The position numbers were made by a program, and so were the translations under genes. The notes under the pieces were generated by a model. It was not told where the DNA came from, did no database searches, and saw only the letters and a program-made list of their open reading frames with translations. A DNA stretch of 63,783 bases, counting the filler, from Choristocarpus tenellus KU-1152 (Eukaryota; Protista; Phaeophyceae): assembly GCA_964200185.2 (NCBI GenBank). It is 7 parts of 7 records of this genome, joined end to end, with 100 filler letters (N's around TTAATTAATTAA, not from the genome) between each part and the next. Parts side by side here need not be neighbours in the genome. Positions count along the whole stretch, not along the records: positions 11,157 to 21,677 come from CAXNAD020002879.1; positions 21,778 to 38,808 come from CAXNAD020000732.1; 5 more parts are not named here. One strand, written 5' to 3'. The number at the start of each line of letters is the position of its first letter. The first letter of the stretch is position 1. This document shows, piece after piece, positions 17,851-32,149 of this stretch.

Positions 17851-20800
17851 AGGGTTGTTAGAATATAGGGAGAAAAGGGAATAGGGAGGAATACAAATGT
17901 AGAAATAAAAAAATAATAATAGTCCAGAATTCGTGAGCAAAACAAAATGTAAGTGTAGGTACCTCTGGGTTACCTTTACTCCAAACTTCTCAAAATGTAT
18001 GTACTCATTTTAGTTTATGGCGAAAGGTGTTAGTGGTAAATAGTTCAAATCTCTCTAAGGATTACAAGAACAAGAATCTGAATATGGCTACAAAGCGAAT
18101 GCTTACGTATGATTACGTGAGTAACGAACAAAACAGTTTACTGGACATTTACAATACCACACACTTCACAGAAGCACATACAGTTAGTTGTGGAAGGAAC
18201 TCTCCCAAACGATTACTCCATATATATAAAAAGTGGGCGATGATCTTCTTGGCGTACATGTATTTCAAAAGTCACCACGATTTGGGTGTCCCTCCACATT
18301 GTTAGGTGGAAAAATTGTAGAATGGGCTGTAATCTCTATACCCTATAAAGATCTACTCATCTATTCCGTAAGTCTGTATTGCTTTGATTTTTTGTGAGTA
18401 ACTTTTTTAAATATGAGATTTGTCAGGGACAGGTTCCTTTTTTGGGATCTCCGACACACACACTTGTGCATAACACGCGCAGTCATATACATTTGTGCGC
18501 GCCGACCACATCATTTGAACTCACCCATACCGACCAGCCCAATAAACCAACAACACCCGTAAGATCCGGATTTGACCAAACAGCCAAAATGGACTGTCAG
18601 AACGAAGATCCATTCCGATTCTGACTGACCCATTTCTCTGCTGTGACATTGCTCAGTCATTCTGGGACATCTGTTGTGTTTGAGGTTTTGGTTCTGTTCT
18701 GGATTCCCTCAACTGACTTTGAGATGTTGAGCCAAGACCTTTGAAACTCGGTCTCGTCCTCTGAGGTGGAAGAGTTCACTCCGGTGATTGTGATTGCCCC
18801 CTTTGAGCAGAGAACTTGGCACCTTTGACACTTCCACAGATTCAGAAATAACAAATGATATCGTTCGAAAGCCATCAACTTCGTCTTACACATGGAAATC
18901 TTCAACATATTTTTTCAATTCGAAATGGTTGAGAAACCCGTCCCTGAACACAAACGTTTTCTTTCGGAAATGGCAGATTTAGCAAAAACAGCAAAACCGG
19001 TCAAATATGGCTAGAAATAATTGTTGATCAGTCGTAACGTCTCAACGAGACCTCCAATGAAGACGTGATAGGTTGCGTTGGATTCCTCGGCGTTATTTGA
19101 ATTAAATTACTCATCACTCTCATTCTCTCCCTCAATCCACCAAGTTGTGGGGGCGTTGTACGCGATCCTCATTGACAGAGATGTATAGGGAATGAGAAGT
19201 TGCAGATGGAAAATGGGAGCAAGATGGACAGGAAAAGAACTGGTAGATTTGCCTGCAATATGATTTTGATACGTTTAGGACTAGGGTTGGGAGATGGAAT
19301 ACTGCAATGCTCCAGTCGTTACCCTGTGCCTAGAAGACATATCCTTTCACCTTTTTTAGTTTTTCACAAGTTGTTCGGGTTAGGGATAGGGTCAGGCAAA
19401 CGTTGAGGGGGGTCTCTCTTTGGGTGTAGCTGTGCCCCCTATGCTCAGGAGATACCCCTAGACATTTCTGCCTAGTCTCAATGCTAAGTCTAACTCTGGC
19501 CCCTAACTATTCCTGAGAGGGGGAAGGAGGGTGTTCCTAAGCATGGGATGATGACGACGGCATATCAACAGTAATAGGGCAACAAAACCAACACAATAGA
19601 TGGTACGAGTGTGCGGTTGACGGCACAAAGAGGTTTGTGGAAGAGCGGTATCCCAGGAAAGCTGTGATAACTGACGAATATAATTCTTAAGCACTATTTT
19701 AGTCAGCCCGAGTAGTTCACAGCACATACATATTCACCACTACCTGCTCAATGGGGCTTTTCTCATTATATCCTTTTGGGGGGGTTGATTAGTTTTGTGT
19801 GTTTTTTCCTTTGTTTGATGTTCAATGAGAGGTGTTCGGAATGGAGGCAACCAGTATGACAGACACTGAATTTTGCCGTGTTTTTTGTTTACCCCTCTTT
19901 CTTGGAGCTGGCAATTGGTACGATGTTATATTCTAGTGGAAGTTTATCGGGATTAATTAATTCGTCTGGGTTTATCTTGGGTACCCTCTGTGTACCTATT
20001 ACCTACATTACTCTCTCTTCATTTTCTTGTTTTGTTACTCTTATTTCCTCTACTCTGTGTGCATTACTACTTAGTATTGAGTATCTTCTACAACAGTACA
20101 GTATTTTCTCAAAGTATCATTTGTATGTTGCTTACTCCTCATCCACGTGTTTGAGACCCCCCTCACACGAATGTGAAGAATAGAAAATATATTATGGGAG
20201 GTAAGGTGACGAAGGAAACAGAGTTATGAGCACAAAAAGATAATTATTGTTTGTTGCCAAGCTCACCCAAGGTCTTGGCCGCCTTGACAGGATAAACTTG
20301 AAACTGAAAGCAACATTTGTTGTAGGTAATTTTTCCCTCTGGAATCGAGTATAAACATGAATAAAATCATAAGATAAATAGAGAGTTCTATTAAAGCAAT
20401 CTCATCGCAATAGAACAATGAAGAGTCGAGTGTCGTCTGTCATGCGTCAGATCTCTCGTTTGTCCCAATGTACCGTGAGAAGATAAGGACATAATCGTAT
20501 TGCTGATTTGTCCCTACTTCATCTTCACGTACAAATCTTTCGATATATAATCGAAAACTAAAATTGAGTACAAATCCGAATTGCCTTGTGATTTATCTCG
20601 AACAAAAATTGTCCACAAATCTTATCTTGTGCTTTATAGTTAACAGTGTGTACAAATCTGAGGTTGGTACTGGTACTGTAAACATGTACCATACTTGTTT
20701 CCCGTATTGTTTTTTGACAGTACTAATCAGTCATGTTTTATTAATAATTGCCCTGCACACCAAACAACCACGTTGTGGAAGTCCCTGTAGTGTACTGAGT

Positions 20801-21653
20801 GATATCACATTTCTAGTTTATCATGTCCTCGCCTTCGATACCTATTGGGATCGCTCGATAGTTCTCAAGTTGATAAAATTTAATGGTATAGTTAGGTCCC
20901 TCCCGTGCAAAGATGTCAGGTGACGGGGTCAAAGTTGAGGTTTCTCAGATGAGGTAGACAAGGGTGTTTGGCTGAGCCTCAAACACTGGGAAGCCTTCCT
21001 CTATTTGTGGAAATCCTGATACATATTTCATAATCATATGCTCTGTATTGATTTACAATGCAATTCACCCCACCAAGCCAAGCATCCAAACCAACAGTAT
21101 GAACCTCTGAACTGTAAACTTGTAAGCTTCAGAGTCATGAGGCGGCAATGATTTGATTTCAATCGAGCTATTCCACGTGGCAAGCGCAATAAATGCACAC
21201 GTGTACTGTCCTGTTTGTGCTATATATCAAACAAGATTGGCGAAAAGATCAAGGTGGAAAACTCTAGGTTGGGTCCAGCAGAAGATTCAAGGGAGGAGTG
21301 GGAGCAACAAGTGATCGAAGTGCTTAACCCATCATACAAGAAGCAATCCAGGAATGAGGAAAGTACAATTGGCTGTAGTGCGACAGTTGGTCAGTACCTG
21401 CTGTGAGAAGCACTTCAGTGTATAGTGGATCTGAACTCAGGTCGGGATCATCCATGACTAATGTGTGCAAAATAATATTAACAAGAAAATATGGTCTTGT
21501 GGTTTTGACAGAGTATGTTGGTGGTCGAATGATCGTTTTCAACATCTCGGATATTTACCTCTGCAATATATCGAAATAGGGATCAACCAAAGACATACGA
21601 GGAAAAAGCTCGCTGGTGGGCAGTCAAGGGTTAAGGTAGCCGTCACCTCACAT

Positions 21654-21677
21654 GGGTCAAAGTATCTGGGGGGGGTG
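21654..21677 (+). mobile_element. Terminus of an AAAGTATCT-type MITE at a contig end
   Basis: gggtcaaagtatctggggggggtg immediately before the N-spacer. Confidence 0.65.
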
Positions 21678-21838
21678 NNNNNNNNNNNNNNNNNNNNNNN
21701 NNNNNNNNNNNNNNNNNNNNNTTAATTAATTAANNNNNNNNNNNNNNNNNNNNNNNNNNNNNNNNNNNNNNNNNNNNGTAGAGAGCTCTCCCTACCCCAT
21801 TCGTAAATTTAAATGCAAAACAACTACAAACAAAGATT

Positions 21839-21840
<2 letters not shown>

Positions 21841-21870
<30 letters not shown>
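21841..21870. repeat. (AC)n microsatellite
   Basis: Directly visible. Confidence 0.95.
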
Positions 21871-21872
<2 letters not shown>

Positions 21873-21902
21873 ATATGCGCTCTTCATTTCCATGGGGGTT
21901 AC

Positions 21903-22034
21903 CAAAATAACACCTGCAGTACTTCGTATAATAGCATAAAATCGGAGACTAACAGAACGCCCCCTATGACAGCAGGGAAGAGCATACCAGGCAACAACAA
22001 TCGAATCACATGGTTTGGGAAGAGACTTGTTGTC
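21903..22034 (-). CDS. Candidate isolated exon of an unidentified membrane protein
   Basis: tttgcag| acceptor and |gtaacc donor flank a 132-nt open frame TTSLFPNHVIRLLLPGMLFPAVIGGVLLVSDFMLLYEVLQVLF(W). Partner exons could not be confidently joined. Confidence 0.3.
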
Positions 22035-23888
22035 CTGCAAAGCCCTACTTCTTCGGCGAAAGATATCCCAAGATCATTGGAGTACACTCATTCCTTTTTC
22101 TGCAGTTTATCAGGACTGCAATGGGCACCTTGAGTAAGTATACAAAGAAACTATGAAGTGGCACGCCCTAAAAAAAATTGGTAAAACGGCTACCCAAGAA
22201 TGAAAAATCAAGAATCGTGAGAGATTGAGAGGTTGCGCGTATGTGAGGACCACGTTTGAGAAAGATAACACAATTTACAGACCAATGGAACGGCCTACAC
22301 GTCAAGCTCACCCAATAGGGCTACACAATTTGCACTTCATAAGCAGTGAGACATATTATCATGTTACGAACAATTCCGATATTGTACTAGTCGTCACAAA
22401 GACATAGCCAGAGCACAGGATGTCCAAGGTCACTGTTGAATGGTTCCTCTATTATGAACTCCATGAAGAAAACTAGAGACAGCGGTTGACATCCTTAACT
22501 TGGGCTCGCAGAGTTGTGAGGAGAGTCGGAAGGAGCCTCACGATACCCACTTTCCATACTTTCTCGTGAACCCCTTTGATCAAAAGGAGTGTAATGCTAC
22601 AAATGACCACCATTGGCACCGTGATGTTCAACCAGATTGAAAAAGGTTGGAGCAGGTGGAGTGGAAGGGGTGGGGAGATAATATGAATCATTGCGTGGGT
22701 TGGCTTATATTGACGTGTGTATGAAAGTATGATCTGTCTGTGTCTGCAAGATGCCTATTTTGTCCCTATTGTCTCTCTCAGCGTGCTCTACCATCAGAGC
22801 ACTTGAGTGTGCATGCATGCAGTGCAAGCGTGTGACCAAGATCGGTAGTTGTAAAAAAGAAATGAAACCATCAAAAAATGGTTGGAAAAAAAAGTAGAGA
22901 CATAAAGAAATGATAAAAAGAAATATATATTATATATATATATATATCATACACAACCTCCTTGTTAAAAATATGCATTACAAAGAAAAGACATCGAAAA
23001 ACTCATCACTTGACAACACAACACCTTCACTCTTCCACAACAGCACTCGTCCGTATTCCAAAGAGGCTTCAAATATGTACATACATTACACATACTACAC
23101 AAACGCCTTCTGAAACAAACCCTGAAATATACTTCCAATAAGCGAGGAAACACAATCATATTTTTGCAACCTTCACCCAAACTACTGCAAAAATGATTAC
23201 ACTCTGAATCTCTTTCTTACAATGGCCATCCAACCCCCAAAAGGAATATGAATCTAGGTAGGTGCCGTGGGGGGGTAAACCTTCAAAAGGACTGAGATCA
23301 ATTAAGGCCATGGAACTCTTTCCTGTTCGAACTTACTTGGTCTTTCCTTTTTGCTGTCTACCCCAGTACAGTGGGGGGGGGGGAGGAACTCTCAAATGGA
23401 TCGAGGTCAATTCAAGTCCAAGGAACCCTGTCCTGTTTGAATTCATTATTCTCTCTCCCTTTCACGTTTTACCTTGGTGCAGTTCCCGTTCACAGAAGAT
23501 CCACACTTTGACAAATTATGGGAGTGCCTTGAAGACACCTACAGGAACAATGTACACGGGGGGAAGAGTGGGTCGGAGGAACTATAGCAAGAGTTGCTTT
23601 GTCATGTAGTCGCACAGATACGAGTGTCAACCATCAGGGTGGTTACAATTATCCTGGCGGTACACAAAGAGATGACACATTCAAGTACCGCACAATCACA
23701 AAAAAACTATGTACTTCGTGTACTCTCTGGAGTGCTTCATGGTGTAACACAAAATGAGTATGTTTCCAACCGAACCGGTGCGATTTGAGGAGAAAAGAAT
23801 CCACACCATACGTTGCAACAACCATTGCAAAATCAACAAAAACACAAAAATGATATAACAATCAAGGAACTAGGGCAAAATGTATAAT

Positions 23889-24149
23889 AAGTCAAAGTAT
23901 CTTAGAGGGTTGAGCCGCGTCTATTTGGGGACCAAAATCCAATGTTGCGAATTTGATGCAATTTGGGGTATCATGTTTGTCAGGAAGTGTCAATATCCTT
24001 GTTCCGGACACAACTTTCACAACATACACATTTTACCTACTCCGAAATATATTGTAGTAGGAAAATGTCATAAAAAATCCCGAGGGAAGTCAAGCCCCAA
24101 ATAATGGATAAACAGGGCAAAAATCGTGCCCTCTAAGATACATTTACTC
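23889..24149 (+). mobile_element. MITE family A, 261 bp, AAT target-site duplication
   Basis: aagtcaaagtatcttagagggt...ccctctaagatacatttactc, flanked by aat (23886-23888) and aat (24150-24152). Colinear with the other copies. Confidence 0.9.
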
Positions 24150-26914
24150 AATTTTTCATGGAACAAGCAGTAAGAAGAGGAAACTGATCGAAGTTGGACC
24201 GCGGACTGGCCCTGTTAAAAATATAGTAAGTAGCTAACAAGCAAGGCCGGTTCACAGCCTGGTCTGGTTAAAATCTCTGATAGGTAGTGGAAAATTGAAC
24301 GGCATTCAGTCCATGATCTTAAACGGTTAGAATTTCTGGTCAACATGGTTAAGGTTTATCAGTATTGGAACCTGACCAGCAGTGTCAGGATAGGTTGGGC
24401 CGGTTCGGGCAAAGGATGTTGAACAGACTCTAAAATTTTCTTGGGAGCATGTGGAGATGGATGTTTCTCAGAAGCAACTTCAGCTACGCTCATACATTCA
24501 TCATTAACTTGCTCGAAAACATTCAGGCACTGATTGGGCTGAACTTGGACCAGGTATGTCCAAACGCCTGGTCCAACCAAGCTCTGACAGTCCTAGACCA
24601 GCCCTGTTGAAGAATTTTTAACAGCTCAATTGTAGGCCGGTCCACACATTACAATCTCCGACAGCCCTGCGCAGGCTCTGTCAAAAAACATTCTACAGGG
24701 CCGGCCTGCTGTATCCAAGTCCCTACATAACTACCTGGCCCAGAAAAAACCCTGGCAAAACGCATCTCATTGGCATATTGCAACAAAACAGGTATTCTAT
24801 CGGTCAAAACCTTGCCTTTCATGTATGTCTCTGATCTCTCCGTCTCTCCATCACAAAAAAGCGAAATATATGGACATGACTCAAGCGCAAACACCTCGGC
24901 ACATCAAGCAGGCGCAGCCCTTACGGCTGAGGTAATCACCCAGGCTCTACTCTACCCCGCCTTGAGAATCATTCACTCTTCTTGCTAGCGTAACCAGGGC
25001 CTAATTTGATGCCACATGCCTCATCTGACTTGGAAAGTTAAGAGTAGCATAGTGAGTTCCTGCTGATATTTTCAGGACTAGCTATGTGTAGTAGTCTTTT
25101 GGTTGTAGTATTTGAATTTCTTCATGTCTGGAATATTATTCCGTGTGTCCAACTATATTGTTTCTCAACAGCATTAACCCTGATCGATTTTTAGAGGATA
25201 CACACCCTAACAACCACTCAGGGTTGTTTAGGTAGGATGGTGTTGGAATGGACTCCTCGAACTCTATCGGAGATACTGCTAAGGAGTCAAACCAAGTGAG
25301 AGGTAGGCTGGGTTGCGTTTGAAGGATCTCGAGATAGGGCAAAAATACGCCATTTTTACAATTGTAGAAAGAGCCTTTGCTTAATTGTGGTATGAATTTG
25401 TGAGTGGAAAGGGGAAATGTCAGTTTTACGTACACTACTGTGGACATAAAGCAATGAAATAGAGTGTATTGTATACAGGGTAAGAAAGATGACTTGGAAT
25501 GCACAAAGGGCGCACAAACCTTCCTACCTCTCAATTGGTTTGACTCTAAGGTGAATGTGGAGTTAGAGTACATAGCTATGATTTGGTAAATCAAACCTTT
25601 CCTGTGTAAAGGGTAACATTTTTGCTTCACAGGCTGGTCGTATGCCCCACCTAGACGTCAACTAATTTCTCTTAGAACATCACATAACATCCTAGTGTTC
25701 ATCGCTCCTACTCCTATATATATATGAGGCGGACTAAACTTTAACAAGGCACCGGCTCGAACGGTGTTTTCGGAACTTTCCCTTAAAGTCGACGTCGTGG
25801 CGGACAGTTAAATCCTATCCGTGACAAGGCTATTATTTCCTGATGGAGGAGAACCCATTGACACCATAATAACAGGCCCATCACCATTCTTCTCCTGATC
25901 AGAAATATACCCATTTATTTGGAGTGTGACAATCGGAACACAGCCTCTTCATATCTCGACATCCCCATCTGGATCCATGGTGCCACACATTCCAGTGAAG
26001 TGCAGAGATCTGGACGTGATCGCAGGAATGAGACAGAGAGGTTTCGCTGCGCACAACAATCTAGCCGAAGTATACCATGGTCAGCTTGTGTGATGGGGAT
26101 ATGGACAGGGTTCTATCAACTACCCTTGACAGGCATATGTGTACACTTCAGGGCTTTGTACCTGTCCAATATCACTCAACACACTTGTTATACTACGAAA
26201 AAAATAGCGTTTGTGACAAAGCAAAATCTGGTATTATTTAGGGTCGACTGAAAGAGGATTGCAAGTACTACTTCAACTACTTCCACTACTACAACCACTC
26301 TATTACATATTTTCAAAATTGCAAGGCCTCCCAAGTGTTGTGATTTATTCTCTACATTTTGGTTTGTCCTCTCCAAGTTGAAATAGTGAGGTTGCTTTTG
26401 TGGAGGGACAGGATATTTCACGCCTCAACGGATCCATCTTATGCGTGTCGACCTTCGACTAGAAGACGACTCATGCAACGCGGTGAGTGAGATTTGTCTA
26501 CTTGAAAGTAGTAACGTAGATGCAGCACTCACTACTATGCAGGCTGTTTTCATCTGAAGATTGACGAGGTTCCCCTTTGTACAAGATTCCTCTGTCGGGA
26601 ATTTAGGTGCTGATACAGACCATATAATATTCAAGGCTCGAATATGTGACCCCGTGCAGAACTTGTTAATTAATCACATGCATGTTTCCGAACGGAAGAG
26701 TGGGGATGACCCACCCTTGGCGGGCAGCGTGAGAATCCAGGGGATGTCTCCAACAAGCCAGGGACTACCGTGCGATATACGGTAAGCTAAGCAGGTTAGC
26801 ACACATCTTTCTCACCTATGTACAAAAAGTATCGTATTTGGTCCTTTTCGAAGTCGTTCAATGTAAGATGACAATATCTTTCTCCCCTCAACCTTCTCCA
26901 CGACACCTCGGCAG

Positions 26915-27338
26915 CAATGGGAATTTCCTTTTATGTTTGGGCTTGGTCTGGCGAAGGCTGATCTACGATGGGTGACAAGAGCTGTTTTCGAAGACCTGGC
27001 TACTGCGCAGCACAAGGTAAATTGTCCTTCTTACCCTTGGCCACTGTCTTGGCATGGTTAACACGCCATTCTTCCCATTCTCGTCATGATACTCGATTGT
27101 CTCAGATCCCTCTCACTCCTTCACCGTTTGATCTGAATCAACGCGCTCACACACGCCAGTGCTCATTCGTCTAGATGGAGGATGGCGTGATGGTCTTGGG
27201 ATGTGCGAAAATGATGCACCACCCCAGCCTCCCATTTGTTTTGATGAGTTTGGTACCAAGAGTGCGACATTCCTCGAACGACACCCACATAACTCCCATA
27301 TTCGGGCAAGCAAGGAAAGGCGATGAATCCATTCCTTG
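26915..27338 (+). CDS. Two candidate phase-compatible exons of an unidentified gene
   Basis: Exon 26915-27016 (cag|...|gtaaat; QWEFPFMFGLGLAKADLRWVTRAVFEDLATAQHK) splices in phase 0 to 27175-27338 (tag|...|gtatgc; MEDGVMVLGCAKMMHHPSLPF...). No family recognised and no further exon joined. Confidence 0.28.
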
Positions 27339-27350
27339 GTATGCCCCTCT

Positions 27351-27351
<1 letters not shown>

Positions 27352-27388
<37 letters not shown>

Positions 27389-27389
27389 G
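27352..27389. repeat. (TGT)n microsatellite
   Basis: Directly visible. Confidence 0.95.
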
Positions 27390-30300
27390 CCAATCCATGC
27401 GACGATCCTTTGTCAAGACCGTTTATACCAGGAATCCAAGAAATTGGGGGTGCATAATTGCTGGGAAAGGTGTTGTACATTATTTGCACAAGTCAATCCA
27501 TAACTCACGATCAGAGGTAAACCAGAATAGTGGGTATGATGCTAAATATGTTTATGCTCAAGACTGCTACGAAATTGCTTGAAAGTCATGTTCTACTTAC
27601 CACCTCTTCATTGTAACCTTTTTTGTGATTTTGTTGGTAACTTGCAGGGCCTCTTTCTGAGCGTGATGATGTTCATCACAACCCTCTATGTTCTCTGCAT
27701 CTTTGTGCCAATGCATGCAGGATTTAGGATACTCCCCATGTTCGCCATTGATGACCATTGCAAAGAGAGAAGAGGGGAGGATTGTGTGTTATTTTTGTGT
27801 AGTTTACATTTCTCCCTACTTGCTGCTCTCGACCCCCACTTGTTTGCAATGTGTTTGACACCCCCCATTCCTACTTCGCCACTAATTGTTGTGTATTGCT
27901 GTTGTCTTGGTTCTCGATAACACAGTTACTAGCTGGGAAGCCAACAGGGGAAGGATGGGCCGAAGGTAGAGTCTTGAATAGTGAGGATAGTTGGGGCAAG
28001 GCACGCATGTCTTCCATCCTCTCCACTATTGTAGGCAGGTATTGCTTTGCTTGATGCTAGGGGGTAGAATCCTTAGTGCTGATATCCTGTATTGAGTCAA
28101 AGCATTTGTTTTCACTGAGAAAACTGTCGGTATTTCTTTACTGAGTGATATACATGAAGTGTTGCTGTTTTATTTTTGGAACAATATGTTGCTGAGGGGT
28201 GAAATGGGCGACAGTATTTTTTGCTGGGAAGAGCAGTCCTTACACCCTCGATTGGTAACGACTCTGTTGTTATTCTGGAAGTGTGTAACATGGGGTGGTG
28301 TGTATTACGAAGAACACTGGTGTTTCATTTAGTGAACATGGCAGTGTGACAATGTTGGTGGCAATCAAGACCCTCCCGGTGTGTCACATGAGATACATTG
28401 CAGTTGCATTTGCTTGGGAATGATGCCCACGCAATAGTTGTGCCATGTGCAAAAGGATTCAACCCCTTCCCCACAACTGCAGTTTGGTGCAGTTGTTTAT
28501 TGTGCAAACAATCAACACTGCCAGAACTGGCTTGTGGGACACCCCCTGTGGATGAGGGGTGGTGATTTATTGTGGCTACCTTGACTCCTCCCATTGGGAA
28601 ATATCCTCCATTGGCAGATGGGTGGACGAAAAGGATGTGTAAATAGGGCAAGGGGAGAACAAGCTACAGAGACAGCTCTGCTATTTTTGTGCTCTCCTAG
28701 TTGAATGGGCAGCCAGTGCAACTACCACGAAGTTTTTGTAGCACAAAATACAAGCCGAATGTAGATCAAAGCTGCTTGTGCTTGGGACAGAAAGTAGAAA
28801 TTTCACTCTTATTTGAGGTTCAAGAGGTGTGGTATTTATTAAAGTGAAATGTATGTACCTTGCTTATGTCCGCCTCCAGGTGCATTGTTTTGCGGGCGCC
28901 ACTGGCAGGGCATTGCTTATGTTTGTTGTGTGCACTTTCTTGACACAGTAAATTGACCCCGAGGAGAAATGGCGGGTGGTAGGTGGAATGTTGGGCGTTT
29001 CAGCAGGAAGGAGCAGTGAAGGCACGGCTTGGACGGATTGCGTACTTAATGGCACAAGGGGCGATATTGACGCATATCATGAGGTTCAAGCTGGAGGAAC
29101 TGGGCTGGTGAGTGTGAGGGGAATCGGCCAATTCATGGGATTGTTCCCTTGTTTCTATACTGCCAGGCGTGTGTTGTGCTGTTCTTGTGTTTCTCTCACA
29201 CGTATGTGGACTCGGGTTTGTTAAGAGAGCTCTGTTCCAATGATGATTACCACTATAATGACTTCACTTTAGGGGACAGCAACAGTTATAACTATTGTGA
29301 TATTCCATTTGATGTAAGAGATAGAAAGCACTAGATTTGGTTCCAAGAATGAGACAAGTGGGGGAAATTTTTGTTGTAATGCTCTAACACCAAAAAGATG
29401 CAAAGATGTCAAGATTATGGTTAACCAATTGTGAGAATAATATTCGAAGTAATACTTTATGTACGCACAAATGATGATGCAGGACATTAGGGATATTTAG
29501 GGTTAGGGTATTCGACCAGAAGCAATGGGTGGAATGTTACCGTCGGAATGTTTCTGACGTATGCTAGAGAACTATTGATTCATTTGGTATTCTGAGTCAT
29601 ATGCTGTAAGGTTTGGTTAGCCCCATCTAGTGATGGTGTCTCACTCTCTTCTCAACTGTGATATAGCTAATAACAATAATACAACTGGTTGTATGGGACA
29701 ACAGACCGTCAAGGACAGCTTAATATATATATATATATATATATTTAAACCCATTTTTGGATAACCACAGTGCGGAGTTTATGTTATAGTGCCCCCCTCA
29801 CCAATGTGGGAGGCAAATATGATGGATCAAGATATCAATGCAGTTTTCAATCCACTCAACCATGTCTCAACCTAGAGAGAGCTCTAGTCATTAAACTTGG
29901 AGGTGTAGCTACCTTTGCTTAACATGAACCCTTGTCATACCCAAAATGTAGGACCAATGTTGTAATGATGACTGAGTCAATAAACCCACAAGGTTTTCTC
30001 AACAATGATCTATTCAAGCAATGTTTCCAAAATGAGCGCATAAAGATTATTGATCAAAAGGCTGCCCAATAAGAGTCATGCTGATTTGAGAAAATTCTAG
30101 TAAACTTCTCTGTTATCTCTAGTATTCAATTTGGTGCCCTGACTTGATTTTTGGCAACTATGTACTGGTAGAAGTATCTGAAGTTGAGGGTCTCCATATT
30201 CTGGACTTTCTCCTCATTGAACTCTGTTTTACTTTCATGAATACTCAGCCAGGTACAGTATGTATTATTACATTTGCAAGACAGAGTTCCAAGGCCCTCA

Positions 30301-31405
30301 CACTATTGCTTATGTTGTAATAGTTATTACCACTGCAGCCTTTTTTCTGTACATGGTACTTCCTCCTTTTCGCATTAGTGCAACATATGCAACCATTTGG
30401 AGTACAAAATACTTCCCAGTATTTAATCTTGTACGCCAGAGCCGTTATTGTTTACATATATCCACATATAGGTGTGTAAATATGTGACAAATGTACCCGC
30501 CCTGTTGGTGTTGCTCCTCATCATATCGATATCAATTTACTTCTTTCACACAACAGAACATTCTGCTGTAGTGGTTTGGACCCTAAGACATTTGTAGTCC
30601 GAATGCCATGCCTTCTTGGCCAGTTGGTCTTATTTAAGCATGTCCACTTCAAGGCAGGATACGTTATGAGTTGAGGGCTGACATGCTCTCTATGTGGGCA
30701 TGCTTCAGAGAACATCCTTGTAACAGGTAAAGATTACCTTTTTGAACTACATATTGTCCACGAGTTGATACTTTATATTTGCTCAGGCATTGAGTAAGGT
30801 TCCTGCAATGTGACATTATCCAATTGTTGTTGCAGATAACACGAGTAAAATCTGATTAGTTTGCTATAATGATGATGTAGACGGTGTAAGAGGAGACAAG
30901 GATATGATAGTGACTCTCTGACAGTTACACAACAAAAATCCATACTACAGGCTAGTATCGCAACACATAAAAAGCACACAGGTACAAAAATCTTACCTCT
31001 GGATGTTACGAATTTCTGATTGCTTTCTAGGTGCTCTTTCTCCTAGTGTATTCAACACACAGTAGCAAAGAAGCTACACCTTAAGCTCTCTCTCTTGTTG
31101 GGCTTTATGAGCATAATGGCCCTCGCCCCAACACAGTAACGCTTCTCTACTACTACTGTGGGTTGTTTTATTGAGTTTGAAGAGCAGGTCCATCACCCTA
31201 TCTCTTTGTCCAAAGTTAGTTGTGCCTGTTTCTCAGTGCCACCTGATGTGACTTTGTGCTTCCCCTTGTACTTTGTCGTGTGGGATAAGACCCCCAAAGC
31301 GGAACCCTTGACCGTATAGTGTACCCCATTGAGAGATAGGGCAGATCCGGAGCAGGACAAGCTACAGACAAAACAATGGGCTCATGAGCCAAAGCAATTG
31401 AGAGG

Positions 31406-31475
31406 AAGGCAGGGTTGCATTTTAAGGATACCCGAGAAAGGCAGGGTTGAATTTTAAGGATACCCGAGAAAGGCA
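31406..31475. repeat. 32-bp direct tandem duplication
   Basis: aaggcagggttg(c/a)attttaaggatacccgaga occurs twice, followed by aaggca. Confidence 0.85.
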
Positions 31476-32149
31476 AAGGAGACCCCATTTTGAAGAATTG
31501 AAGGAAAATTCTTTGCTGAACTGTGGTGTGACAGTGTGTGTGTAAAGGGAAGATATCAATTTTGCGTGCACTATTGTGCACATCGAGCAATGGAATAAAG
31601 TCTAATGTGCAGGATAAGAAGGATGGCTTAGAATGCAAAAGGGTCCAAACCTGCCTACCTCTGAACTGGTTTGGCTCTCATTGCTGTTGGTCTTGTCATC
31701 TTCTTCTATGGGTGGTGTAGTTATCAAGGCACAGTCTCTTATTCTTCCCCCCCACCTGAATCCATGGTACCATATATTCTCCAGTAGGTACTGGGCACAT
31801 CAGCATTTTTGCCCAGTGAGAGGAACGTACCATTAGTAGTCTTTTGCACCACACGGACATGGCCAAAGTGTGTGGAAAGGCACACAGCTGCTGAAGTACA
31901 CAGTATTGTACAAGAGAAGCCAAAAATGGACTTTTGAGTACTGAATACCCTTAGCATGGGGTGTCTATTCGCTTTCAGGAATGTTTGGTGATTATGACCT
32001 TAAATCTGCATTACGGCACGGGAGTTGAGAATGACTTTATTGCGAAGATTGAATGAGGTTGAATGAGGTGCCCTACTAATCTTTATACAATTGGGCTGGC
32101 CTAAAGTGGGACCCTCACTGTATAGGGAATGTAAACGTCTGAAACCACA

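Noticed and set aside
17329-17868. 179-aa Gly-rich plus-strand ORF
   Set aside because: It is the antisense shadow of the GC-rich repeat region, with no ATG start and no recognisable domain.
27163-27582. Poly-Gln, poly-Cys and poly-Thr ORFs
   Set aside because: They are produced by a (TGT)n tract lying just downstream of a predicted splice donor.
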